A DNA stretch of 64,000 nt from Felis catus (taxonomy: Eukaryota), in contig NC_058368.1 in assembly GCF_018350175.1 (NCBI RefSeq), positions 227,108,001 to 227,172,000 on the forward strand, in the 5' to 3' direction. Numbering within the stretch: position 1 is the stretch's first letter; each line of letters opens with the position of its first letter. The translations under genes and the position numbers were made by a program. Of this stretch, positions 63,674 to 64,000 are shown one piece after another. The notes beneath the pieces are model-generated. The model saw only the letters and a program-made list of their open reading frames with translations. It was not told where the DNA came from and did no database searches.

Positions 63674-64000
63674 CACCTATTTTCTTGAAAGCTGATAGAG
63701 TCAGCCCACCTCTCCCCGGATGGGAATGTTCAGTGGGTGCTCCGGGCACCAGGAGCTACAGTGAAGAAGGTGACTCGGGGAGCCATGGCCTCACCCAACT
63801 GTGCCCTCAATCTGGGTGATGGACCCCATCATCGTCCTGGTCCTCTTATCCCCGTTCAAGCCACCTTCATAGGACAAAGCAGCAGTGGCGATTGAACAAC
63901 GTATACAGGCTGCGGTCTGAGCATTGGATACATGCGCAAACTGACACAAAGCTAAAATAGCACAATCCGTCAGCATATATATACATCCTTCCTCCGCCCA

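Overview
Mammalian, almost certainly felid (cat-family), non-coding genomic DNA. The taxon call rests on about 31 carnivore tRNA-derived CanSINEs, several of the young felid type. I found no host protein-coding exon, RNA gene or CRISPR/prokaryotic system, and nearly all entries in the ORF track are SINE, L1, simple-repeat or chance ORFs. The window is a layered retroelement landscape: CanSINEs with target-site duplications (TSDs), L1, L2 and MIR fragments, MaLR/ERV-L LTRs, and Tigger and hAT MITEs. The most notable items are: (i) a 523-bp, apparently young betaretrovirus-like solo LTR (46290-46812, minus); (ii) a two-LTR, internally deleted ERV-L provirus with readable integrase and dUTPase remnants (57829-60239); (iii) an unidentified retroposed insert of about 220 bp whose tail has become a 440-bp polypurine tract (40541-41201); (iv) a closely spaced inverted pair of young SINEs; (v) a perfect 73-bp tandem duplication; (vi) a plus-strand bias of retroelements together with minus-strand splice signals, hinting at an enclosing minus-strand transcription unit. 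I did not find a convincing novel biological system. Repeat subfamily names come from recalled consensus sequences and need RepeatMasker/Dfam confirmation; boundaries of old repeats are approximate.
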